Shown here piece after piece: positions 1 to 11,965 of a stretch of 64,000 bases of DNA; position 1 is the first letter of the stretch, and each line of letters begins with the position of its first letter. The notes beneath the pieces were generated by a model. It had not been told where the DNA came from. It worked only from the letters and a program-made list of their open reading frames with translations, and did no database searches. The DNA comes from Heterodontus francisci (taxonomy: Eukaryota). Location: positions 31,280,430 through 31,344,429 of the forward strand of contig NC_090399.1 in NCBI RefSeq assembly GCF_036365525.1, written 5' to 3'. A program made the translations under genes and the position numbers.

Positions 1-508
1 GAGGGAGTGCAGCAAATAATTACCAGACTGATTCCTGGAATGGCGGGACTGAAGTATGAAGAGAGATTGAGTCGGTTAGGATTATATTCGCTGGAGTTCA
101 GAAGAGTGAGGGGGGATCTCATAGAAACCTATAAAATTCTAACAGGACTTGACAGGGTAGATTCAGGAAAGATGTTCCCGATGGTGGGGGAGTCCAGAAC
201 CAGGGTTCATAGTCTAAAGATACAGGGTAAACGTTTCAGGACTGAGATGAGGAGAAATTTCTTCACCTAGCGAGTGGTGGGTTGTGGAATTCGCTAGCAC
301 AGAAAGCAGTTGAGGCCAAAACGTTGTTTGTTTCCAAGAAGGAGTTAGATATAGCTCTTGGGTCTAAAGGGATCAAAGGATATGGGGGAAAGCGGAAACA
401 GGTTACTGAGTTGGATGATCAGCGATGATCATAATGAATGGTAGAGCAGGCTCGACTGGCCGAATGGCTTACTCCTGTTACTATTCTCTATGTTTCTATG
501 TTTCTATC
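1..508 (+). mobile_element. CR1 (HER1-like) LINE 3' end
   Basis: ORF 7..270 RLIPGMAGLKYEERLSRLGLYSLEFRRVRGDLIETYKI matches the CR1 ORF2 C-terminus; ends in a (ctatgttt)n tail at ~487-508. Confidence 0.92.
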
Positions 509-2308
509 TAAATCGGTAAGTATAAAGTAGAAGGTATAAATTATGTACAGAAAGCGACATAAAAATTTGGGGAAAATGGAATGAAGAGAGATAAAAGAGA
601 CATGCATAAAGGTTATTTTTAAATCTCCATAATAACGTTGAGCGCTTTTCGCCCTACCCTTATTCCCAACGCAAAACCTGGGCCATTGTTCTGCATAACT
701 ACTTGCACTTACATAGAGGCTTTAATGTTGAAAAAATCCTCAAAGTACTTTTTAAGACTTAAGGAAATTGAGTCAATAATGAGGTCTTGAATGAGAGATG
801 GGCTTGAATGATTGTCTTAGAGGAATACAAGTGGAATTGCACTGGCTTTAGGGAGAGAATTGCAGAACCTATATGGGGCGGAAGGAATGGGCACCATTGG
901 TGGAGCAAAGTGACGCCGAATATACAAGAGACCGGCATCCGTTGAAGGGAGAATTCTGGGATGTATGGTGAATGCAGTTAGAATCTCTACAGTTGGCTAC
1001 TCATTAGATGTAATTTTAACTTTGCCGAAGTTGCAAAATTGGCGAAATCATATTGGCTGTCCATTGAACACCCGTTCGATTTTTCTGTCATTAAATTCAA
1101 TAGAAATGAAAATTGGATCTGGTGAATAATGTCATCTGATATGTGTCAGCCCTTTTCACCGGACTGCCTATCTCTTCCTGAGGTCTGCTCCTGCCCTCTT
1201 CACTTTTCTGTCACCTATAACGCTAACCCCCAGTGAACACCACTGTACATGTCTTCTCAGTCTGAAAAAACTGATTTTCCTTCCATTGAAATCAATAGAA
1301 GAATAATATGAAGGTAAAAGTGTGAGATCCTCTTGCCCCAGATTTTCTATGCCTTCGTTCAGGGGAAGCTTTTATAGATAGCCTTTAATATAGAAAAATG
1401 GCTCCAAAGCACTTCACAAATTCTCGAAGAAACTCTGACGCAACAAAGACGAGGAAATGAAAAGATGTGGCTTTGGCCCCTTCAGAGATGAGTTCCAAAG
1501 GATTGCTAAATTAGTGCCCACAAAGATCACAAGGAATGGATATGAATGAACAATTGGAACAGATGTTATTTGTCTCTTCCAACCAGCACTTTAGATGTCT
1601 CCTGTCGAGTCCTGAATAATTCCAACACTGCACTTCGGGGCACCTAGCAGCAATGTCACTTATATTGCACATACAGCTGGAAACATTACAAAGAACATGC
1701 ATTTCATGCACAAATGGTGCAGTTGTTTCCCTGGTCATTAATACTTCTGCATATGAAAATTGCATTGTGAGGAATATGTAGATGAAGAAGCTCTTGCATC
1801 TATAGAAAAGTGCCTCACCTATTTTTGGACAGTGCAGCTCAAGGTGGAATTATGCCGCTCATAAACTTAATGTTGCTGCAAGAATAGAGTCTGTTCAGTA
1901 ATCTGAAGATGAATGCGTATAAATCTTGTCTGTTGCACTACGCTGATATTCCAGACTTTTCTTTTATAATTTGGGTGATTTTTTTTCCATGTTCAGGAAG
2001 TTAAGGGATGCCAGGTTTGAGAAATGAGGCACTTTCCCATTTCAGGTATCCAGGTTCCGCATTCGCCACTTGCTGGCAGCTATGACACAATCAGCCGTTC
2101 CTTCTGACATGCTGTATCTTGCCTCAATAATAATGCTCGAAGACACACTGTATCACTCCGATGGTCTTATTTCTCATACCATTCAAGCTTCTTGCCTACC
2201 TGAGTAAGCTAAATAATGTAATACCAATTAATATCAAATAACGGGTTATTTTCTTATGCTAACCTACAGTGAAGAGAGACTTCACTGCCGCCAGTCCGTG
2301 CTGGACTA

Positions 2309-3940
2309 TGTTGGGGTATTTAGGGGGTCCGTCAGTATATTTACCAACTGATTATTAGGATAAGTGCTTAATTTAATCTGAAGATGATACACACACACTA
2401 ACAAACATATATATTCTTTCTTTTGGGCCTCCTTATCTCGAGAGACAATGGATACGCGCCAGGAGGTGGTCAGTGGTTTGTGAAGCAGCGCCTGGAGTGG
2501 CTATAAAGGCCAATTCTGGAGTGACAGGCTCTTCCACAGGTGCTGCAGAGAAATTTGTTTGTTGGGGCTGTTGCACAGTTGGCTCTCCCCTTGCGCCTCT
2601 GTCTTTTTTCCTGCCAACTACTAAGTCTCTTCGACTCGCCACAATTTAGCCCTGTCTTTATGGCTGCCCGCCAGCTCTGGCGAATGCTGGCAACTGACTC
2701 CCACGACTTGTGATCAATGTCACACGATTTTATGTCACGTTTGCAGACGTCTTTATAACGGAGACATGGACGGCCGGTGGGTCTGATACCAGTGGCGAGC
2801 TCGCTGTACAATGTGTCTTTGGGGATCCTGCCATCTTCCATGCGGCTCACATGGCCAAGCCATCTCAAGCGCCGCTGACTCAGTAGTGTGTATAAGCTGG
2901 GGGTGTTGGCCGCTTCAAGGACTTCTGTGTTGGAGATATAGTCCTGCCACCTGATGCCAAGTATTCTCCGAAGGCAGCGAAGATGGAATGAATTGAGACG
3001 TCGCTCTTGGCTGGCATACGTTGTCCAGGCCTCGCTGCCGTAGAGCAAGGTACTGAGGACACAGGCCTGATACACTCGGACTTTTGTGTTCCATATATAT
3101 ACATGCAAGAGATAACAACCGCTTAGGCTAATATAACGGTAACCCGTTATATTAACCTACGCGGTTGATATCCCTTGAAGGTGCCGATAATATTAGGAAA
3201 GAGGTGCCAATAGGAGAAGTGGGCCAAAAAAAAGGTAATGGGTAATATGGCTAATTAAAGCAAAAGAACAAAGCGCAAGTCGAGGCAGTTTCTTCCCCAT
3301 GGTAACGTAGACGAGACACCTCAGTTAGAACGTGATAAGAAATAAGGGCGGGTTGGTGTACTGGTTCAGGACAGGATAAGGGGATCACCCCGACCCTGAC
3401 CCGTTAGTCCGTTAAGGCCAGTGTAACAGATGCCCCTTTTTATTGTCACAGCTGCACCGATAGCAGCTCCAACAGTCGAAAAGCAAAGTGATATCAGGGT
3501 TCATTAGTCGGAAATCTGAGTAGGAGCTTTGAGTATGTGCTACCCCTATATTTGGACAATAAGGCGATGGTTGTAAGTTAATGATTGGTCGAGCGAAATG
3601 CAGTGATTTTTTAAGCTAGAAAGGGGTATAAAAAGGGAGTCCGAAAAGACAGAAGGTGTAGAACACTTCAAGGGATACTGGAGGTCAAGCCAAGCGTTCA
3701 GGCCAGGGGGTGCTGGCAAGACAGTCGGAGGAGGAGCCAGGAGGTCAAACCAGCGGGTGCATACCATTGTTACCGCGACATTTACCCAAAGCATAAACGA
3801 GCTAATATAACTCCCAATTATACCTTGTAACTACTGCTCAGATATTGTAATGTATCAAATCTTGCTTGTGCTGAATGAAGTTTAATCACTGCCATAAATC
3901 TGGGTCAAAGCCGAATTATTGATATTAAGATGTATCAACA
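2309..3940. mobile_element. Probable solo LTR interrupted by an RTE LINE
   Basis: Termini TGTTG (2309) ... CAACA (3940); TATA-like gtataaaa at ~3626; contiguous once the RTE at 2415-3091 is removed; no clear TSD. Confidence 0.5.
2415..3091 (-). mobile_element. RTE (BovB-like) LINE, 5'-truncated, young
   Basis: ORF 2470..3108 (VYQACVLSTLLYGSEAW...RLRWLGHVSRM...CSTCGRACHSRIGLYSH) is an uninterrupted RTE C-terminus with zinc finger; 9-bp TSD catatatat at 2406-2414 and 3092-3100. Confidence 0.95.
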
Positions 3941-4014
3941 ATAAAAACTAACAGCAAAGCAGGAATGCCTGCAGCGATATCCTGAGGTTGAGAGGCTTGG
4001 TCTCTGACATACAA

Positions 4015-5520
4015 AGCCATCTTCTTTCGTGCTAAGTATGACTCCAGCCAATGGAAAGATTTCCCCCCTGATTTCCATTGACTCCAATTTTACCGGACTC
4101 CTTGATGAAACATTCAGTCTTTACGTCACGGGCAGTCATTCTCACCTTACATCTGGCATTCAGCTATTTTGACCAAATTTGGTCAAATGCTGCAACGAGG
4201 TCTGAGCCTAATGGTCCAAGCAGAAAAGGGCATCAGTGCGTATTTTATTGCTCAGTAAGTACCACTTGATAGCACTGTCGCTGACAACTTTCATGGTTTT
4301 GCTGATGATTGAGAGTGTACTGATGGGGCAGTAATTGGTTGGAATGGGCTAGTCCTGCTTTTTTGTGGACAGCAGACAACTGGTCAATTTTTCACATGGT
4401 CAGATAAATGCCAGTATTGTACCTGTACTGGAACAGCTTGGCTACTTCTAGAGCACATGTCTTCAGCGCGGGATTACGTCGAGACCCATAGCCTTTGCTG
4501 TATTCACGGTGTGTAGCGGTTTCTTGATTCTGCACAGAATGAAGGAATTGGCTGAAGACGAGCATCTGTGATGGTGAAATCTTAGGATGAAGCCACAAGG
4601 ATAGATTATCTGCTTGGGGCATTTGGCTGAAGATGATTGTAAACGCTTCAGCCTTGTTCTTTTCAATCACGTGCTGGCCTCAGTCATCATTAAGGGTGGG
4701 GATGTTCATGACAGGACTGCAGAGCTTTGATCTCATCCGTTGGTTATTGGATCACTTAGCTCTGTCTACAGCATGCTAATTGCATGGTTTAGCATGCATG
4801 TATTCCTGTGTTGCGTCTTCAGTAGGCTGGCTACTTATCTTTAGGTATGCTTGGTTCTACTCCTGGCATGCTGTTCTAAACTCATAATTGAGCCATGATT
4901 GTTCCCCTGGCTTGATGACAATCATAGATTGAGGGATATGCTGGGTCATGAGGTTACATATTGTGTTTGAATACAATTCTGTTATTGCTGATGGCCCAAG
5001 CACGGATGCCCAGTTTTGACCTGCCAGATCTGTTCGGAGGCTATCCCATTTAGCACGGTGTTAGTGCCACCCAACAAAAATAGAGGGTGTGCAAAGTGTG
5101 AAGATGGACGTTTGTCTCCACAAGGACTCCTATCAATACTGTCATTGACAGATGCCTCTGCGACAGGTAGATTGCAGAGGATGAAGTCAGGGAGGTTTCT
5201 CCTTTGTATTGGTTATCTCACAACTTGTTGCAGGCCCATTCTGGCAGCTATGCCCTTCAGGACCTGACCAGCTCGGTCAGTAGTGGTGTTACTGAGCCAC
5301 CCTTGGTGATGGATACTGAAGGCCCCTCGCCACAGTACATTCTGTGCCAGTGTAACCCACAATATTTTTGTCAAAATGTTGCTCGCCGTGGAGGAGTACT
5401 GATTCAGCAGAAAAGGAGGATGATAGGTGGTAATCAGAAAGAGCTTGTTCATGTTTGACCAGATGCCATGAGACTTCATGAGGTCCAGAATCAACTTGAA
5501 GGCCTCCCAGGGCCACTTCC
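4015..5520 (-). mobile_element. Degenerate L2/Crack-like (CR1-group) LINE fragment
   Basis: LKTCALEVAKLFQYRYNTGIY (4392..4670) and endonuclease-region remnants LLITTYHPP (5213..5545); same family as 6330-7830. Confidence 0.8.
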
Positions 5521-5639
5521 AACAGACATCAATGTCCAACGCCAAGAGTGGCTCGGTAACCTCAGCAAGTTCTGAAGGACATATCTACCATACCAGGCCG
5601 ACAGCAGATGGCGAGAGAACAAACAAGAGGGAACAACCA

Positions 5640-6180
5640 TAGATCGTTGAAAGCAGCATCACAGGTACATAAGGTGATTAGGAAGGCATATGGGATACTC
5701 GCCTTTATTAACCGAGGCATAGAATATAAGTGCAGGGAGGTTATGATGGAGCTGTATAAAACGCTAGTTAGGCCACAGCTGAAGGACCGTGTACATTTCT
5801 AGGCACCACACTATAGGAAGGATGTGATTGCACTGGAGAGTGTGCAGAGGAGATTCACCAGGATGTTGCCTGGGCTGGAGAATTTCAGCTATGAAGAAAG
5901 ACTGAAAAGGCTAACATTGTTTTCCTTAGAGCAGAGAAGGCTGAGAGGAGATGTGATTGAGGTATGCAAAATTATGAGGGGCATTGATAGGTTAGATAGG
6001 AAGAATTTTTTTCCCTTAGCGGAGGGTTCAATAACCAGTGGGCATAGATTTAAGGTAAGAGGCAGGAGGTTTAGAGGGGATTTGAGGGGGAAAAAAATCA
6101 CCCAAAAGGTGGCTGGAATCTGGAAAGCACTACCTGAAGAGATGGTAGAGCCAGGAACACTCACAACGATAAAGAAGTAT
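5640..6180 (+). mobile_element. CR1 LINE fragment
   Basis: ORFs 5608..5802 and 5824..6189 (KAYGILAFINRGIEYK, LESVQRRFTRMLPGL). Confidence 0.9.
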
Positions 6181-6189
6181 TTTTCTTAA

Positions 6190-7830
6190 CAGCACTGTCG
6201 ACGTACCTACACCACGTGAACTGCAGCGGTTCAAGAAGGTGATGAGCCACCACCTTTTCAAGGGCAATTAGGGATGGGCAATAAATACTGACCTAGCCAG
6301 CGACACCCACATGCCATGAAAGAATAAAACAGAAACGCTGAATGCGCTGACACGCAAAGGCTATGGGCCCTGACAACATCCTGACGGTAGTACTGAAGAC
6401 TTGTACTCCAGAGCACGCCACGTCTCTAGCCAAGCTGTTCCAATACACTTACAAAACTGGCATCTATCCACCAATGCGGAAAATTGCCCAGATATGTCTT
6501 GTCCTTAAAAAGCAGGATAAATCCAATCTGACCACTGTTGCCTTATCAATTCATTTTCAATCATCAGCAAAGTTTTGGAAGGTATCATCGATAGTGTTAT
6601 CAAGTGACACTAACTCAGCAATGACCTGCTTAAAGATGGTCAGTTTGGGTTCCGTAAGGGACATTCGGCTCCAAACCGCTTTACAACCTAAGTCCAAATG
6701 AGCTACATTCAAGAAGTGAGGTCAGAGTGACTGCACTTGAAAGGAAGGCAACAATTGACCAAGTGTGGCATCAAGAAGTCTGAGTAAAATTGAAGTCAAT
6801 GGGAATCAGGGAGAAAACTGTTGACTGGCTGTATTCATACTTAGAACAAAGTAAGATGGTAGTGGCTATTGGGCGCCAATTATTTCAGCCCAGGACATCG
6901 CAGCAGGAGTTTCTCAGTGTAGTGTCCAAGGCCCAATGATCTTCAGCTAGTTTATCAATGACCTTCCCTCCATCATTAGGTCAGAAGAGGCAATGTTTCC
7001 TGACGATTGCACAATGCTCAGCATTTCATGAGACTCCTCAGATACTGAAGCAGTCTGTGTCCATATGCAGCAAGACACGGTCAACATTTAGGCTTGGGCT
7101 GATAAGTAGCAAGTAACATCCATATCACACAAGTGCCAGGCAATGACCATCTCCAAAAAAAGGGAGTCTAACCATATTCCCTTCACGTTTAACAGCATTA
7201 CTATTGCTGACTCCCCCTCTATCAACATCCTGGGGTTTACCATTAACCAAAAACTTTAATGGAGCAGACATATAAACACTGTGGCTGCCAAAGCAAGTCA
7301 GATGCTTGGAATTTGTGATGATTAACTCACCTCCTGTCTCCCCAAAGTCTGTCCATCACCTATATGGCACAAGTCAGGAGTGTGAAGGAATACTCTCTGC
7401 CTGCCTGGATGGGGGCAGCTCAAACAGCACTCAAGAAGCTTGACAACTTTCAGGATAAAGCATCCCTCTTGATCGGCACGCCATCTACCACCTTAAAGAT
7501 TCACTCCCTCCAACACCACTAGACAGTGGATGCAGCGTGTACAGTGGCTGCAGCGTGTACCATCTACAAGCGACACTGCAGCAACTCACCATGGGTCCTT
7601 CAACAGCACCTTCCAAGCCACACGACATTCTATCTTGGAACTATATCGTTGTTCATTCACTGTGCTGGGTCACAATTCTCCCTCGCAGCACTGTGGGTAT
7701 ACCTACACCACATAGACTGCAGCAATTCAAGAAAGCAGCTCACTGCCACCTTCTCAAGGACAATTAAGGATGGGCAACAAATGTTGACTTTGTCAGCAAT
7801 GCTCAAATCCCATGAACGAATACAAAATAA
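6190..7830 (+). mobile_element. L2/Crack-like LINE RT region and 3' end (with an extra 3'-end fragment at 6190-6330)
   Basis: GPDNILTVVLKTCTPEHATSLAKLFQY; decayed GVSQ-SV-GP and FPDD motifs; family 3' end gcaattagggatgggcaataaat. Confidence 0.85.
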
Positions 7831-8019
7831 AAATGCATGTAACTATGCCACCACTTCCGGTTGGTCTGTGCTTTTGGTACAGGACATACAGAGAAATTAT
7901 GGTGGAGGTGGCAGGGATATTGGCAGAAACGTATGTCTCAGTGTGTCTGACTATGTCAGGCTGTGGAACAGCTGTCCACATTTTAGTATAAGTCCCCACA
8001 TATTGAGGTTTACAAAGTT

Positions 8020-8385
8020 ATGAGAGGTTTACAAAGTTATGAACAGCATGGATAGAGTGGATAGTCAGAAGCTTTTTCCCAGGGTAGAAGTTACTAGGGG
8101 ACATAGGTACAAGGTGAGAGGGGCAAAGTTTAGAGGGGATGTGCGAGGCAAGTTCTTTACAAAGAGGCTGGTGAGTGCCTAGAACTTGCTGCCGGGTCAG
8201 GTGGTGAAGCAGGTACGATAGCAACGTTTAAGAGGCATCTTGACAAATGCATGAATCGGATGGGAATAGAGGGATACGGTCCCCGGAAGTGCAGAAGGTT
8301 TTAGTTTAGGCAGGCATTAAGATCGGCGCAGGCTTGGAGGGCCGAATGGCCTGTTCCTGTGCTGTACTGTTCTTTCTTCTTTATT
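8020..8385 (+). mobile_element. CR1 LINE 3' end
   Basis: gaggtttacaaagttatga...ggccgaatggcctgttcctgtgctgtactgttct tail. Confidence 0.85.
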
Positions 8386-8494
8386 AGTGAGGAGGAATTT
8401 TCAGGGTTCAATTGAGTTTGTTTGTCTTTGTCGTCCACTGCCTAGGTTATTAATGTTATTAGGCTTTTTCTTTGCAGTTAGATATAACTGAGTG

Positions 8495-8760
8495 ATTCGC
8501 TAATCAAGTTCAGCAGGCAATTAACAGTCAACTACATTATTGTCCGTCTGCAGCCACATCTCTCCCAGACCGAGTAAGGATGGTAGATTTCCTTCGTGTG
8601 TTTTTACAATAATGCACAGTCACCATTACTGAGACTAGCTTTTTATTTCAGATTCATTCAATTAACTGATTTTAAATTCGTTGGCCGCCATGTCTCCTGA
8701 TCATTGGTCCAGGCCACTGGATTATTAATTATGCAACGCAATCACTGTGATACTGCTTCC
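8495..8760 (-). mobile_element. Degenerate SINE
   Basis: Similar to 45475-45800 (gtcaaccacatt...agatttccttc...caccattact...ctagctttt). Confidence 0.6.
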
Positions 8761-8978
8761 ATTTGTGTTCCGCTAGATAAATTGTGTCCTCTGTTTGAAA
8801 AGCTCCATTATCTCACTATTAAAGCTGTGGTTATTAAAAACATTTACTCGAACTGATCAATAGTATTAATACATTTTAGGGGATGCTGGCCAAATCGCAA
8901 ATACATCAAGAATCCTCAAGTGATTAAAAAGCTTCCCACAATGGGTAATCTAGTCCTCATCGAGAGCATTTGCCTCAC

Positions 8979-10071
8979 CTCTCTTCATCGAGTTTCAAAC
9001 GCTATCATCCCCATCCCAGTATGAGTCATTAAGCCAATATCTAACGTCAGGCTTTTATCTAACGTCAGGCTTCGGTTACAATTGCCTTGGAAAAAGGAAA
9101 AGGTGAAGGCTGCGAGACACAATGCGTTTTCCCTTTTTGAGGGCCTGGAAAAGGATGTGTTCATGTAAGCAAAGGTGCGAAGAATGTTGGAGACCAATTT
9201 AAACTCAGGCACTAGCATGCAATGGGTGAAATCAAATTAGCAGATCAATGCATATCGATCAATCAAATGATAGTGAATAAAGGGCCGTCAATTTCTTATT
9301 GACAATTTTATACTGTTAGAAATTAAGCATATGCATAGAATTTATAAAGATAATATTTATCTTGGAATAAGGTAGAGGATTGGGTTGGTATTGTAAGTTG
9401 CATTTTATTGGTAATCGTTTAAGTTTCATTCCACTAAAAACAGTTGGGATGAACATTTTGATATATAGCAATTGCCCCAGGTTCAAGGGAAACCAATAAC
9501 CTCAGGAACGGGGAGCTGCCAGATGATGCCTGTGCGACAGTGGAAAAGTAACTGGACAGATGTCTAAACAAGCAACCATATCATAAAGTTGTTGGGTTGC
9601 TTTTTAACCTTGTTTAACAAAGCTGTTTACTAAAATTTCTAAGTTAACCAGAATAGGAGGTATGTTTATAAAAATATTGAATCATTCTGTGGCACAATAA
9701 TTTGATAAGGGAGTAGAAAATTCAGACTGGTTTGTGTGCTGTTCTGAACATAAACAGCTCACAACCGACAGAAACGACAAATGAAATGTTGACTAAGTTT
9801 GAAGACTGGTATCTCTCAAGGGACTTGTGAAATTGATCATGGGGAAACAATTCTTCACATGCTGTAAGGCAATAATACATATGGGCTTCTCGCCATGGTT
9901 CAAACAAAGAACTCGACATACAATTGGACATCATTTATTAAAGGGGAACCTCGAAATGACAATGAGGCCTTTCCAATAATGAACTTCAGGTCCAGCCCCG
10001 AAAAGGGGTATAAAAGAAAGATTTGGAGGAGCTCCAGGGCAGGCGGTGAGCTGGAAAATTAGATTGATATT
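8979..10071 (-). pseudogene. Degenerate IgSF receptor gene C: V-like exon (~10071-9780) and TM-type exon 9085-8979
   Basis: NLSFIPLFGAGPEVHYWK...EAHMYYC across a frameshift; exon ttccaag|GC AAT TGT...GAGAG|gtgagg begins GNC like the exon at 44190-44279. Confidence 0.4.
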
Positions 10072-10351
10072 CTGCAGATGAGAAATATATTCATCAACTA
10101 ACGATGGGCAAAATCATGGGCAATTTATTATTCATGTTTCAGTTTCATAGCATGATGCAAACGTATAATGAGACAATAATACTTTTGCAGAATTCATATA
10201 AATAATTCTGGATGGATTTAGCAGTGTTATTGCTATTACCATTCATACCATGCCGGATAGATAGACAGACAAATAGAAAGTTTGAATTGCATGCCTCTAT
10301 AATGTGCAAAACGTATAATTTTGCACGTTAGCATGCTAACTGCTTTGACGA

Positions 10352-10465
10352 TCAATATTTTAACAAACCACACACAAACTTGTCTTTATCTACAGATGAT
10401 CGGGCTTTTCGCTCTCCTTCATTGAAGTACAGTGCAGAATATTGCACATTATCGACTTAATTTGC
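10352..10465 (-). pseudogene. Terminal cytoplasmic exon of an inhibitory receptor (ITIM), gene B
   Basis: Acceptor ttctcttcaaacag, then AN*VDNVQYSALYFNEGERKARSSVDKDKFVCGLLKY*; VQYSAL is a canonical VxYxxL ITIM; one premature stop. Confidence 0.7.
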
Positions 10466-10934
10466 CTGTTTGAAGAGAAATAAAGTACCTTACTAAATAT
10501 AATAATTATAGGAAAATAAAAGTTTGGTTGTTTTGCATTAGAGATGTTTATTGTGTATAGACGCATTTTCTGTCCAATTTCCTTTGTCACTCTTTTTGCT
10601 CAGACGTTTCTGTCAGCATTTCGCACTGAACTTTAAAATGACATCCTATAGTTAAGCAGTTTCTGGCAACCATGTAGTTGCCAACACTAGCTACTAAGTG
10701 AATTAGATTTCTATCATGTTGTCAGGCAAAACCCCATCTGCCAAGACTGAGGCACACATTAATTTTACCACATGAACATTAAATCTCAAATTGCAAGCCG
10801 TGACCAGAAAGATATTTCCATGGTAACAGACAACGTTAAAACAATGGGAATCCAGCAGTTGTTTTTCCAATCCACAGAATTGGTCAAGCAAGTTTTGGCT
10901 GGAGCTTTTGGGACTTGCAATTCCAACCAAGGAT

Positions 10935-11300
10935 ACTGAAGATAAAAACAGGAAGTGCTGAAAAAGCTCAGCAGGTCTGGCAGCATCTGTGGAGAGAGAA
11001 GCAGAGTTAATGTTTCAGGTCAGTGATCCTTCTTCAGAACTGGCAGATATAAGAAATGTAAAAGATTTTAAGCAAGTAAAGTGGGGGTGGGACAAGAGAT
11101 AATAAAAGAGAAGGTATTTATCGAACAAGGTCACAGAAGTGCTGACCAGAAGTTCATGGAGCAAAGGCAAACAATATGTTAATGGTGTGCAGAAAGCCAA
11201 AGCGTTAGTACAGATAGGGTGTTAAATGACTGAAACCTGAACAGCCACAATCACAAACATGAAAAGAATCAGTGGGTAGGCACAGTCGAAACAAACTGAA
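10935..11300. mobile_element. Penelope-like element terminal fragment
   Basis: aaaacaggaagtgctgaaaaagctcagcaggtctggcagcatctgtggagagagaagcagagtt, matching the GIY-YIG-bearing copy at 54440-55362. Confidence 0.8.
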
Positions 11301-11965
11301 TGTTAAACAGACTGTTCCATATAAGGAGCTAGTCACATGACTCACCTGCTGCGCACTCTGGGAGCTTTTTGAATTTTAAACTAGCCAAGAAAGGATTTGC
11401 CAGGCAGAAGACCGTGTGCTCATGAACTGAGAAGATGTCCTCTCTGCATCTTGTCTCTTGTCTGCTGCCTGTTCATGTCTCAGGGAACTGAAACAATTGA
11501 ATGCATGTAAACCTAGAAAGAGTAAAAGGTTTTCGACAGTGAACACGGTTTTTAGAAGATTATTTGGGCCTCAACGAAACATCAGACCATATCGTCAATG
11601 AAGGACTACAGTGAACTCGAGAAACCATAACCAGATTGCCTCAAGCTGTTCTACTTATCTTCTGCTCTGTATTTTCCATCCCAATTTTGTATGTTTATAT
11701 TGTGTGTGCACGCTAGCATGAACGCGTCTTATATCCGTCTGTGGGAACCATATGAGAGAGTAAGTTTAGGGTTTAATAAATTTCCTTTAAACCAAAGTAA
11801 ACCCGTTTATGCTCATTATTGCACCTTATAATTTGAAACTGTGAACAAAGATTCACAAAAAAGGGGAGCTCAAAACACAGTGTGTTTAAAATTACAGCCT
11901 GTTATAACAAGACCAGGTGAAGACTGAAAGGGACCACTCAACACCTCTCTCACCTGGTTGTAACA
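11301..11965 (+). mobile_element. LTR fragment (Gypsy-like)
   Basis: aataaa at ~11775 and typical end ctcacctggttgtaaca at 11965. Confidence 0.6.

Noticed and set aside
10396-10460. Plus-strand exon DDRAFRSPSLKYSAEYCTLST* with a YxxL motif
   Set aside because: It overlaps the better-supported minus-strand ITIM exon and is probably its antisense shadow
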